Positions 11,830-24,569 of a stretch of 64,000 nt of DNA are shown here, one piece after another. Made by a program: the position numbers and the translations under genes. The stretch is from Octopus sinensis. Lineage: Eukaryota. The notes beneath the pieces are model-generated. The model saw only the letters and a program-made list of their open reading frames with translations, was not told the origin of the DNA and did no database searches. The stretch covers positions 130,448,001 through 130,512,000 of the forward strand of contig NC_043001.1 of assembly GCF_006345805.1 (NCBI RefSeq), written 5' to 3'. The number at the start of each line of letters is the position of its first letter. Positions within the stretch are counted from its first letter, which is position 1.

Positions 11830-12862
11830 CATATATATATATACACATATATATATACATATATATATTATATATATATATATATATATAAATACATATA
11901 TATATATATACACATATATATAAATATAAATATATATACACACACACACATATATATGCACACACACACACACACGTGCTCACATATATATATATACATA
12001 TAATATATATATATATAAATATAAATATATAACACACACACACATATATATGCACACACACACACACATGCACACATATACATACAACACACATACAAGA
12101 ACACAAATAAATCATAATTCAATAGAATTTCTAAATTCCTGAAAGATCTTTAGAAAAATTCACATACACTTCCCATAAATAAACACCACTTAAACAAACT
12201 TCAGCTCTCCTCTGACCAGTTCCATATTACACATTGCAATTATAATAATTACACCGGACCACAATCACAACAGCCTATAAGATACTGTAAAACACAATAA
12301 CACAAAATTCACATCTTACCATACCACACCATATTGTACCATACCAGTACCAACTATTTAAGGTATCGTAAGATACCTTAAATAGTTTGTGCTATGACTT
12401 TTTAAAGAGATGCTGTCTATAAATACAAATAGGTGTAGGCATGGCTGAATGGTAAGAAGTTTGTTTCCCAAACATATGGTTCCAGGTTCACTCCCACTGC
12501 TTGGTACATTGGGAAAGTATTTTCTACTTTATCCTCTCAGAGCAACCAAAGCCTTGTGAGTGGATGTGATAGATAGAAATTAAAAGAAGCCCACTAGGTG
12601 TGTGTGTGTGAGTAGATATATATATATGTAGATATATCTAGACATATATATATGTAGATATATGTAGATATATATATATGCAAATATATGTAGATATATA
12701 TACATGCTGAAGCATGGAATAAACTGCCTGCGTCAGTTGTTGACTGCCATGACACTGCATCCTTTAAGGCCCTCATGCTTTCCGAAATCCGTCGAAACTA
12801 CACCTGATTATATATGCACTTTAGATGAGTTGTAGTGCACCTGAGCACTGTACACAATGTTT

Positions 12863-12894
<32 letters not shown>

Positions 12895-12933
12895 TTATAT
12901 ATATATATATATATAAATACACATATATATATA

Positions 12934-12987
<54 letters not shown>

Positions 12988-13975
12988 CATATATATATAT
13001 ATACACATATATATAAATATAAATATATATACACACACACACATATATATGCACCACACACACACACGTGCTCACATATATAATACATACATATATATAT
13101 ATATATAAATAAAATATTATACCACACATACACATATAATGCACACACACACACACATGCACACATATACATACAACACACATACAAGAACACAAATAAA
13201 TCATAATTCAATAGAATTTCTAAATTCCTGAAAGATCTTTAGAAAAATTCACATACACTTCCCATAAATAAACACCACTTAAACAAACTTCAGTTCTCCT
13301 CTGACCAGTTCCATATCACATATTGCAATTATAATAATTACACCGGACCACAATCACAACAGCCCATAAGATACTGTAAAACACAATAACACAAAATTCG
13401 CATCTTACCATACCACACCATATTGTACCATACCAGTACCAACTATTTAAGGTATCGTAAGATACCTTAAATAGTTTGTGCTATGACTTTTTAAAGAGAT
13501 GCTGTCTATAAATACAAATAGGTGTAGGCATGGCTGTATGGTAAGAAGTTTGCTTCTTAAAACATGGTTCCAGGTTCACTCCCACTGCTTGGTACATTGG
13601 GAAAGTATTTTCTACTTTATCCTCAGAGCAACCAAAGCCTTGTGTGAGTGGATGTGATAGATAGAAATTAAAAGAAGCCCACTAGGTGTGTGTGTGTGTG
13701 AGTAGATATATATATATGTAGATATATCTAGACATATATATATGTAGATAGATGTAGACTATATATATTTGCAAATATTTGTAGATATATATACATGCTG
13801 AAGCAGGATAAACTGCCTGCGTCAGTTGTTGGACTGCATGACACTGCATCCTTTAAGGCCCTCATGCTTCCGAAATCGTCGAAATACACCTGATCTATAT
13901 ATGCACTATATAGAGTGTGTTGTAGTGAACCTGCGCACGAAATAAACATATGTTTACTTATTATTATTATTAATA
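11735..13975. repeat. Tandem duplication of about 1.09 kb (two copies)
   Basis: 12121 aligns with 13210; each copy has a unique block, 16-bp hairpin, SINE-1 5' half and CR1 3' fragment. Confidence 0.93.
12706..12878 (+). mobile_element. CR1-like LINE extreme 3' fragment (second copy 13796-13972)
   Basis: Nearly identical to 53167-53340 including (TTA)n tail. Confidence 0.9.
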
Positions 13976-13976
13976 T

Positions 13977-14007
<31 letters not shown>

Positions 14008-14032
14008 TGAAAGGTATAATGAATATAAATAT

Positions 14033-14253
14033 ATATTTCTTTAAGGCCCACAAGGGCTAAACATAGAGAGGACAAATAAGGACAGACAAAGGGATTAAGT
14101 CGATTACATCGACCCCAGTGCGTAACTGGTGCTTTTTTTATCGACCCGAAAGGATGAAAGGCAAAGTCGACCTCGGTGGAATTTGAACTCAGAACGTAAC
14201 GACAGACGAAATACCGCTAAGCATTTCGCCCGGCGCGCTAACGTTTCTGCCAG
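14033..14253 (-). mobile_element. SINE family 2 (Nin/Deu-like domain)
   Basis: Minus strand ctggcagaaacgttagc...gagttcaaattcc...gcctttcatcctttcgggtcgataaa...gcaccag; domain name from recall. Confidence 0.88.
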
Positions 14254-14289
14254 CAGGGCACCCAATGGTAAAATCCAACAGTATAGAAT

Positions 14290-14646
14290 ATACACATATT
14301 CACGAATGCTGAGACCCCCTTCAGTCATGACTGACCATACGATTACACATAGAAAATTAACCTACTAAGCACAAGTCCGGGCAAGGATGTTTATGAAAGA
14401 CCAGCGGTTGCCTATGCATACCAGCCTCCCCTCTCCAGGCCACCAGTGTTATCCAAGGGAAAGGCAAAGGCTGATACAGCTTGGCACCTGTGATGTCGCA
14501 ACTCATTTCTACTGTTGAGTGAACTAGAGCAACGTGAAATAAAGTGTCTTGCTTAAGAACACAACACGCAACCTGATCTGGGATTTGAACTCACAACTTC
14601 ATGATCGTAAACTCAATGCTCTAACCACTATGCCATGTGCCTTCAC
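14290..14646 (-). mobile_element. SINE family 4 variant with RTE-like tail
   Basis: tRNA-like head (tagtggttagag, gagttcaaatccc) and tgtgttcttaagcaagacacttt core on minus strand. Confidence 0.75.
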
Positions 14647-15511
14647 ATATATACACGAATAAAAGGTGATAAAACCTAAAAGGTTTTTTTTCCTTTCACC
14701 TCAGGGTATCACCTGAGCACTTCCAGCTGCAGTCCTGTTTTTATTTTTATTTTTGTTCTTTGGTTTAATGAAATTGCTTTTCAGTTTAACGAAGTTATAA
14801 AATTATCCACTTATATATATATATATATATATGATTAATTCTTGTTTTTTTATATAATTTTCATCGGTCTTGCCTGCATATTGTTCTGGTGTCCGCTGAA
14901 TTTTTCTCTAGAGAACATTCTTTTCTTTGTAGTTTGATCGCAGGTGATCTACTTCTAGCATATGGCTAACCACATAGTGGTTTTTTAGCCCTTTAAATAT
15001 ATACATGTATTAGAATTTTCTATGATTCTTCAGATTTTTGTATGCTAGGCTACTGCTTTTAAATTGATATTAATTAAATTAATATTCAATTTATCTCCCT
15101 CATTATTTAAATGCTTATATATATATATTATATATACACATAAAATATAAATAATATATAAATATATGCATATATACATATACGTACATACCTACATATA
15201 TATATGTATATATACATGAATGTATGGGTACAGGACATCAAAATAAAGTAGACAAAATGAGAAACGGGAACATAAAAAACAAAAACATAGAAAACAAACT
15301 TTTTTCATACAATGAAAAAACAAACAGAGAAATGAGACAGGCAACATAAAGAACATTCCCTTCATCAGTTGTCCCCTGTTTTATCTACTCCACATTTTGA
15401 ACCTTATTTATATGTAGGTATGTACATGCATGTATATATGCATATATTTATATATTATTTATATTATTATATGATCGAACACCACGCATCCAAGTAAGCT
15501 TTATCTATCTG

Positions 15512-15559
<48 letters not shown>

Positions 15560-15563
15560 ATAA

Positions 15564-15603
<40 letters not shown>

Positions 15604-16043
15604 TGAGAAAGTTGGTGTGTGAAAGCACGTGGTTGAATATATAGAAAATAGTAAAAAGTGAAAAAACTACAGAAGGCTTGTTTTAAAAGGTTAAAAAATA
15701 TATATTTGAGTCATTATGTCAGAAGAATGTTATAAATTTTTTCATACAGTGACATATATATATATACATATGTATGTATTGTGTGTATATGTGTGTTATA
15801 TATAAATAAATAATTATAAGATCCAAAGATTGAAATGTAGGAAGAAAGTTAGCTTCAAGCAATCCATAGTAAATATAAAAACAACTTTCAGGGACAATTG
15901 GGTTTTATTGAGATGGAAGGTTGTGGGATTGCTTCATATCGAAGTATGAGAAACTGAAAAAATTTCTTTTTATATTTCATGGTAGGCAACTAAAGTTGCC
16001 GGTTATGTGAATAAAAATGCAAGAGTCAAGGAATGAAGTTGAT

Positions 16044-16146
16044 AAGATCCCAGCTATATATGTTTCATAACAAGCGAAACCTTGGAAGTGTTAAATATCT
16101 GAGTGAGGTGTGCATTGCAGGTTACTCATCAGGCCAAGGGTATCTT
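16044..16146 (-). ncRNA. Type I hammerhead-ribozyme-like motif with large stem II loop, in a (TA)n-flanked element (about 15810-16160)
   Basis: aagatacccttggc-CTGATGA-GTAAC-loop-GTTAT-GAAAC-ATAT-ATA-gctgggatctt; stem I pairs over about 11 bp with bulges; C-A mismatch in stem III. Confidence 0.65.
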
Positions 16147-16167
16147 AATTGAATGGAAGTTTATATA

Positions 16168-16343
16168 TAGGAGTGGCTGTGTGGCAAGAAACTTGCTTCC
16201 CAACAACATTGTTCCAGGTTCAGTCCTACCGTGTAACACGTCAAGCAAGTGTCTTCTACTTTAGCCTTGTGCCAACCAAAGCCATGTGAGAGGATTTGGT
16301 AGACGGAAACTGAAAGAAGCCTGTCATATTTATATATACATAT

Positions 16344-16379
<36 letters not shown>

Positions 16380-16612
16380 CAGATATACGTATGTATGTGT
16401 ATATATACATCTGTATATGTAAGTATTTGTGTGTTTGTGTTTGTTCACCTGCCATGACTTGACAATTGATATTGGTATGTCCCCATAACTTAGCGGTTTG
16501 GCAAAAGCAACCAACAGAATAAGTACTAGGCTTATAAAAATAAGTCCTGGGGGTCGATTTGTTCAACTAAAGGTGGTGTTCCAGCATGGCTGCAATAAAA
16601 CGACTGAAGCAT
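16168..16612 (+). mobile_element. SINE family 1
   Basis: Full head-core-microsatellite-tail homology. Confidence 0.88.
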
Positions 16613-17703
16613 GTTTTTGATTTTGCCATCTACACAGTATAGTAGGGTCAGTTGGGTACTGTCTGTGAGTAAAACAGCACCATGATGTAATTCACTCTTC
16701 TATAAACTTGGAAACGGCATGTACTGCTTCGCATTAGCACCGGAAACTCCAATATGAACAAATGGTGAACACACAGAACACCTGCTGGCTTGTCATGACC
16801 CCAAAACATGTACCAAGAGGGATAAAAATTAAAACGTTACATCAAATTTTCATGTGAATTTATGTTCCAAATTTCAGCTTAACAACAATGAAGTTTTTTT
16901 ACTAAATCCTTCATTATTTTAAAAATCAATTCAAATTATAAAGGTTGTGTATTTCAACAGAAATATGGTAACAAAAGTGCTAAATCTGTTTTCCATGAAT
17001 TTGGATACAGAATTATCTATGATGACTGGATGCTCATGTCGTCACCAACATTTACCTATTTTTCAAGTCAAGGGATTTCTTCACTCCACAGTTCTTCAAA
17101 ACTGCAGTGCAATCAGTCAAGATATCAACAAGGAATATAATATCACTAAAGGTTTTACTCAAGTGGGGACAAGTGTAGAATACGAACATTGCTCCATAAC
17201 ACACACCCACACACACACACGTATATATATGTGTGTGTGTATATATGCATGCAACAGTTATGTATAGTTTAGCAAGGCAGAGGGATTTGCAAATTCTAAG
17301 GAGTCAGATTAAGTCTTGGGTTAGCTTACACACACACGCACACACACACAAACACATATGCACATGCATGTGCACACAATGTACAACTGCATGTATATGC
17401 ATTCATGTACTATTACTTGGGATTATAAGCTGGCAGCAGAGAGAGGGAGGGAGGGAGGGAGAGAGACAGAGAGACAGACAGACAGGAAGGGAGAAGAAGA
17501 GAAAGATGGAGAGGGGGAGTGAGGGAGAGTCCAGGAAGGAGAGGAGAAAGAGAGGACGAGCCAGTTCTCTGCCCATGCAAAACTTTTGGATTGTTGCAAG
17601 TAGATCATGTCTGCGACATTGTACACTCCCACACACAAACACTTAAAGTACAAACACACACACACATATATATATATATGTGTGTGTGAGTATGTGAGTG
17701 TGT

Positions 17704-17756
<53 letters not shown>

Positions 17757-18062
17757 TGTGTGTCTATATATAAATGGCATAAAGGGTGGTTAGACTTGGG
17801 TTGTTTTTCCATTAAATACACACTTCAGTGCTAAAATACAGACTCACCGTTTATCTTGCAGACTGTTGCAAACATGTTTAGTGCATGCCATTATTTCCAA
17901 ACCATAATTTAACGCTGATGTCCAGTCATTTGGAGTAAGCAACTGGCAGTGTGAAACTGTACTATGGTATGGAAGCAACAGCCACCAAAACATATTACAC
18001 ATACATCTATACATACTTATATATACATACATTTATCTATAACAGATATGTGTGTGTGTCTG

Positions 18063-18103
<41 letters not shown>

Positions 18104-18217
18104 GGATAGATAGAAATATACATATCAATATATATATGTATATACATATATGTATGTTATGTATGTGTTGTATATATATATATATATATATATATATACA
18201 AATTTATATATATGAAC

Positions 18218-18319
<102 letters not shown>

Positions 18320-19111
18320 TTAAAGAGAGAGAGTGGGGGGTGAGAGTTAGATACACATAAATAAAATGTATATGTATGTGTGTGTGTGTATATATATTAT
18401 ATATATATATATATACATATATAAACACACACATATATAATTGTAAGAACAACAGCAATGCTAAAACAAAGATAATGACTTAAAAATTATACATATACTG
18501 ACAAATTCATATATAAATAAAAATAACAAACAACTCAACTAATTAGAAACTAAATAATGAATAACATCGATATAATTACAACTTATCTCAATGATTTCTC
18601 ATACGTAATTTTTTTCCTCCTTATTTTATTTACATTTGTTATTTTAGATACATTCCAAAAATACAATTTCTGTTGTTTCAATTTATTGCTTGTTTTTCTT
18701 CTAATTTCAAGCTAATTAGATTTTACATAGACCGTTAAGGATACTTCTCCCATTTAATATTTCAAAACATCTACATAAACCTATTGAAAATCATTAATGA
18801 TTAATGCTTATTAATACATGAAAATTGTTATTTTGTTATTATGTATCATAATGATAACGATAATAAGGATAATAATTATGTCGTCATCATCGTCATCATC
18901 ATTATTGTTATTAACAACGTTATCATTATTTTCATTTTATGTCTGCTTTTCGATGCTATCATGGGTTAGATGGGGTTGTCAAGAGTTCAAGTTAGTTCTT
19001 ATTCAGTATTATTGCCCACCAACCAGATGAGATAGGGATCATACCTCACTTGTACATTCCAGTTTTAGGATAGTCTCTAGAGCTAAGATGTACTTTGCAT
19101 TTTCAAACATT

Positions 19112-19331
19112 TTAACCCTTTAGCATATCCAGTCCTAATATTCTACTTGTCTTATGTTCAAACCGGCCAGATCCAGCCTCTCACACCTACCCTACAATGT
19201 CATTCTAAGAATAAACAATCACATCATTGAAACCTCAAAGCTACAAAATAAATCATGATTAATGCAAAATAATGTGGATGTACTGTATAAGGATTACATT
19301 TGACAGAGTTATAAGAATGTTAAAGGATTAA
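19112..19331 (+). mobile_element. piggyBac-like MITE
   Basis: TTAA-ccctttagca ... tgttaaagga-TTAA termini. Confidence 0.75.
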
Positions 19332-19419
19332 AGGATTAAAGGATATACGATATACTGGAAGTATCTTATATTTATGATTTGTAAACAAAGACTCAGTTCT
19401 TACAATGATGTCATATCTC

Positions 19420-19863
19420 TTAACCTTTTTGTTACTGTGTTTATTTTGAGATGCTCCATTTTTCTTTCATTTACTTTAACCCTTTAGCATTTGAACCGGC
19501 CATATCCGGCCAAAAGTATTCTGCCTGTTTTATGTTCAGATCTGGTCTCTCATACCAACCCTACAATATCGTTTTAAAAATTAACAGCTACCTCATCAAA
19601 ATCTCATAGCTACAAAATAATGCATGATTAGCTCAAAACAATGTGGATAAAGAAGCATTAATTTTAGCAGAATAATGTGAACACTAAAGGGTTAAATATA
19701 ACCAAGAATTTAGTAAAATAACTTATTTAAATTTAAGCTAGTGTTAGGAACATAAATTGTGACTCAGGTTTGGTGGAAGATTTTAATTCAAAACTTATTA
19801 AAATAAGACATTTGTACTCAGAGCCAGAGCCGGTTTCAGCCAAGTTGGTAATGAAAAGGTTAA
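19420..19863 (+). mobile_element. Nested piggyBac-like MITEs (inner element 19476-19695)
   Basis: Outer TTAAcctttttgttac...gtaatgaaaaggTTAA; inner TTAAccctttagcatt...cactaaagggTTAA. Confidence 0.8.
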
Positions 19864-20029
19864 CCTAAGCCTAAGAAATTCAAGAGCTAGCACTCAGCTC
19901 AGAATGTAAAAGTGACTGTTTTGGGAGGACAAGATTATTATTCTTTTTGATTTTCTGGAATATAAACTGGAACTCCATCAGTTACAACAAAGGGGTTCCA
20001 GCCGATCTGATCAATGGAATAGCCTCTCT

Positions 20030-20414
20030 TTCTCTCTTTTATTTGTTTCAGTCATTTGACTGTGGCCATGCTGGAGCACCATCTTTAGTCGAGCAAATCG
20101 ACCCCAGGACTTATTCTTTGGAAGCCTAGTACTTATTCTATTGGTCTCTTTTGCCGAACTGCTAAGTTACAGGGACGTAAACACACCACCATTGGTTGTC
20201 AAGCAATGTTGAGGGGACAAACAGACACACCAACACAAATACACATATATATACATATATACGATGGGCTTCTTTCAGTTTCCATCTAACAAATCCACTC
20301 ACAAGGCTTTGGTCAGCCTGAGGCTATAGTAGAAGACACTTGCCCAAGGTGCTATGCAGTGGGACTGAACCCAGAAACTTGTGGTTTGTAAGCAAGCTAC
20401 TTACCACACAGCCA
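20030..20414 (-). mobile_element. SINE family 1
   Basis: Reverse-complement full-length homology. Confidence 0.88.
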
Positions 20415-20419
20415 CGGTT

Positions 20420-20636
20420 GTTTGTGAAATTACCGTACAAGTAGGGTTCAGCATGTGACATAATGTGACAAGGCTGGCCCTTTGAAATGGCTGTACTAAT
20501 TATTTTTGCCAGCTGAGTGGACTGAAGCAACATGAAATAAAGTGCCTTGCTCAAGAACACAATGTGCTGACAGGAACTGAAATCACAGCCTTATGATCAG
20601 GAGCTAAAAGCCCTAACCACTAAGCCACGCACCTTC
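20420..20636 (-). mobile_element. SINE family 4 5' part (its tail appears at about 19970-20025, split by the family-1 copy)
   Basis: Homology to 54313-54688 and 52017-52420. Confidence 0.65.
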
Positions 20637-21110
20637 TGGAATATGGCTATGTCATAAACAGTATACTGAAATATTCAAAATGCTTAGAGAAGCATTAAGA
20701 GGAAGAAACCTAACAAGAACCTGAAATTGGATGTTCATCCTGTCACCAACCTTCACCTGCCTCCTAGCAAGGTAATATTACTTGTGGTTCTTCAAAGGCA
20801 TAGAGCACAACGACCAATCATGCAATCACTGGAAGATTCCGAATGAACAACACTGATTGTTTGATAGCAACACTCATTTATAATTAGTCTGGGGTATCAA
20901 AACAAGACAACACAAGTGCACACACAAACACACACACAAAAGGCTTCTTTCAGTTGTCATTTTCCAAATCCACTCATGAGGCTCTTTAGCTGGCCCAGGG
21001 CTATAGCAGAAGATACCTACCCAAGCCACTGAACAATGAGACTGAACCTAAAAATATTCACAAACTTCTTCACCATACAACCATATATATAATATATATA
21101 TATATATATG

Positions 21111-21305
21111 TGTGACCGCGTGTGTACCGTTGGTGATTTTTTTTCCTCTGTCTTCCCTTCTCCTATGTTTCTGACAAAGAGCTCCGCTCGAAACGTTAAA
21201 CCCTCCTTCTTTCCTTCTTTCCTGAGCATCCAATAATACTATATTGTTCCACATCTTCGGGTTGTTGTGTTTTCTCTTTGTGTTTTCATGTTTGGATTAA
21301 CTATA
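21111..21305 (+). mobile_element. Hammerhead-bearing ~200-bp element, family A, copy 1
   Basis: Flanked by (TA)n on both sides; gttt-CTGACAA-A-GAGC-tcc-GCTC-GAAAC-GTT-aaac at 21167-21201. Confidence 0.75.
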
Positions 21306-21968
21306 ATATATATATATATATATATATACATACACACACACAAAGGGATATTATTAATTAATATCCTAGAAACAGCTGTAAGGCCTTCTATCTATAAGTG
21401 CTCTAATATCTATACAGCCTTGGTTTTTTTATCTTATTACGCAAAAAATTCTTATATACACACAAATATATACAATACATATATGTGTGTGTGTGTTTGT
21501 GTATGATTTAGAAATCTGAGTGTAAGTAGTTTGTAAGCTACAAAAGCAGTAGGCAGCCAGTATAGAAAACAAAAAGTAGACTTTATATGATAAGGTACAA
21601 TAACAATTTATTAGCTCTGAGAGTTACACACTTTCCTCCATCCCCACTACCATATCGAAGTTGCAAAGAAATTTGATAAGCTGATAGTTTCTATAGCAAT
21701 CAATGCTACTAAAAATACAAATAAAATTCCCAGTTGAGGGAGTGGAACATATAAAATATAAGCTACATATGTTTCTTAACTAGCTGTAGCTTATTGCACA
21801 AGTGTTGCACAATGAGCACCTTCAAGTCTAGCTAATCATCAGGCTTCAATTGATTACCCTAAAGAAGTTTGCATTAACGCACAGAATTCCTAAGCTAGCC
21901 ACCAGACAATGGTGAGTGTAACAGAATAGAAAAGTCAATGGCAAAAAGTAAAAAAAAAGTAGACAATA

Positions 21969-22375
21969 GGCGCAGGAGTGGCTGTGTGGTAAGTAGCTTG
22001 TTTACCAACCACATGGTTCCGGGTTCAGTCCCACTGCGTGGCACTTTGGGCAAGTGTCTTCTGCTATAGCCTCGGGCCGACCAATGCCTTGTGAGTGGAT
22101 TTGGTAGACGGAAACTGAAAGAAGCCTGTCCTATATATGTATATATATATATGTATGTGTGTGTATATGTTTGTGTGTCCCCCCACCATTGCTTGACAAC
22201 CAATGGTAGTGTGTTTACGTCCCCGTAACTTAGCAGTTTGGCAAAAGAGACCGATAGAATAAGTACTGAGCTTACAAAGAATAAGTCCCGGGGTCAATTT
22301 GCTCGACTAAAGGTGGTGCTCCAGCATGGCCGCAGTCAAATGACTGAAACAAGTAAATGAGTAAATGAGTAAAAC
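21969..22375 (+). mobile_element. SINE family 1
   Basis: Full-length homology. Confidence 0.9.
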
Positions 22376-22603
22376 AAAAAATAAGGGAAGTACGTTTGGA
22401 GGACCAATGAGTGTTTCAGCACAAGGTGGTTTAGAGTCAAAGAGTAGGAAGAAAAAGAGAAAGGAAAGAAAGGAGAAAAAGATTATCATTAAATGGAATG
22501 GTGGGGTAGGTATTGAGGTAATAAAAACTTATCCAAAGGATGCTGATGACAGATTTTGACAGACTGTAAAGTATGCTGTTGTCCAAATTTATATGAGTAG
22601 ATA

Positions 22604-22833
22604 TATTTCTTTACTACCCACAAGGGACTAAACACAGAGGGGACAAACAAGGATAGACAAACGGATTAAGTCGATTACATCGACCCCAGTGTGTAACGTA
22701 CTTAATTTATCAACCCCGAAAGGATGAAAGGCAAAGTCAACCTCGGCGGGATTTGAACTCAGAACGTAATGGCAGACGAAATACGTCTATGCATTTCGCC
22801 CGGCGTGCTAACGTTTCTGCCAGCTTGCCACCC
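22604..22833 (-). mobile_element. SINE family 2 with 19-bp target-site duplication
   Basis: aaatt(t/c)atatga(g/a)tagata at 22585-22603 and 22835-22853. Confidence 0.88.
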
Positions 22834-23619
22834 TAAATTCATATGAATAGATAAGTAGTGGGGTGGGATGATTCAATCCCAAAGAATCAAGGACACATAC
22901 ATACACATATGCATCCACACAACCCTACACACATGTATACACACACACACATACACACACAAAAGCACATATACTCTAACTCACACACACACACATAAGT
23001 ATACTATAGAATATATAAATAGTGGATGTTCATAATCCCACAGGCACAAACCTACACATCAAAAAAACCAGTATGTGTTGACAAGAATATACATACTTAT
23101 ATACACACACTATCACACTTACATTTATGTAAATGCATTCACACACATATATACATATATATATATATACACACCCTTATACACACATATATATATTTGT
23201 TTGTTCATAGACACATGCACATGTTCCTCCCTCGTAAGCCCAACCCACCCCTACACATTCCACCCACCTTCCCTGTCCTTCCCCATCCCACTCCATCACT
23301 TACACCCACTCTCACATACCCCACCCCCACCTACCCACATACCCATCACTACCCCCCACCCTCAGCCTAACCCACACCCCACCCTTGCTTTCTCCAATCT
23401 TGCCTCCCCCACATCCCAACATGCTCACACTACACCACACACCACTACACCTTACTCCACCATACCACACAACACATCACAACACACACACGCACATGTT
23501 AAGATCACCAGCCCTCTTCCACACGCACATACAAACTCTCTTATACATATGCACATGCACCTTCGTTTTGGGATCACCACTACTTTATTATCTCCCCTTT
23601 TCCCTAGCTCTCCTGTATG

Positions 23620-23835
23620 ACTCTTCTGTCTGGCATTCGGCATGATAGATTGCTATTCACTACACATTCATTATTTTCTCTATTTATTTCTTTCTGTGTT
23701 CCTTTCTGTGGAAGAGCATAGGTTCAAAACGTTAAAGACTTTTTCACTTCCTGAGTGTTATACTAATACATCTGTTTGTTGTCTACACCACCTGTCTTTG
23801 TCTTTTGGAGTTTTTTTTGTGAATTCTCCCTATAT
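23620..23835 (+). mobile_element. Hammerhead-like element, family B (relative of family A), degenerate
   Basis: cttt-CTGTGGA-A-GAGC-atag-GTTC-AAAAC-GTT-aaag at 23702-23737, followed by ttcctgag as in family A. Confidence 0.55.
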
Positions 23836-24569
23836 TCATACATACATACATATAAGGGTACATACACATAAATATACAACACATACACACACACATATAT
23901 TCACTTAAACACAGACATCTATAGAAATAGATAGATATACACATACATTTACATATATAAACACACAAACACATACAAACATACACAAATGCACACACAC
24001 GTATATATATATATATATATATACACATACATATATACATACATATATACATACATGTACACATACTGGCACATACACACACATACACACACACACACAT
24101 ATACATACACACATACATATGGCTATATATGCATGAATATTCATACATGCACTCATATAAATATACACACACATGCACATATTAGGTAAACAATCACCCA
24201 CACAAATACACATATAATTATATATCTACAAACACACACACACACATACACACACACACATACACACACACTTGTGAGTGCATGTGTATGTGTACATATA
24301 TCTGTTTGCCAACAACTAACTCCTGAATATTTGCATATTGCATTCATATTCTAATATCTTCAGATTAGATATCTCGCCCGAATCAGCTGCAAAAATCTTA
24401 TCAGTCAGATCAACCAAGAGTAAAAGAATTTAAAAACATTGAAATATACATGAAAAATGTACAATAACCATAATGAATTAATTAGTATAAGGATAAAAAC
24501 TACGACATTGACAAAATACTATCATAGATGATAATAATAATAATGATAATAAAAGGAAAACAACAATAA

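Noticed and set aside
15340-15374. Hammerhead on minus strand (caa-CTGATGA-AGGG...)
   Set aside because: GAAA half absent; only a partial motif
17558-17642. Exon-like segment CLCVGVYNVADMIYLQQSKSFAWAENWL
   Set aside because: No credible donor site and no recognisable homology
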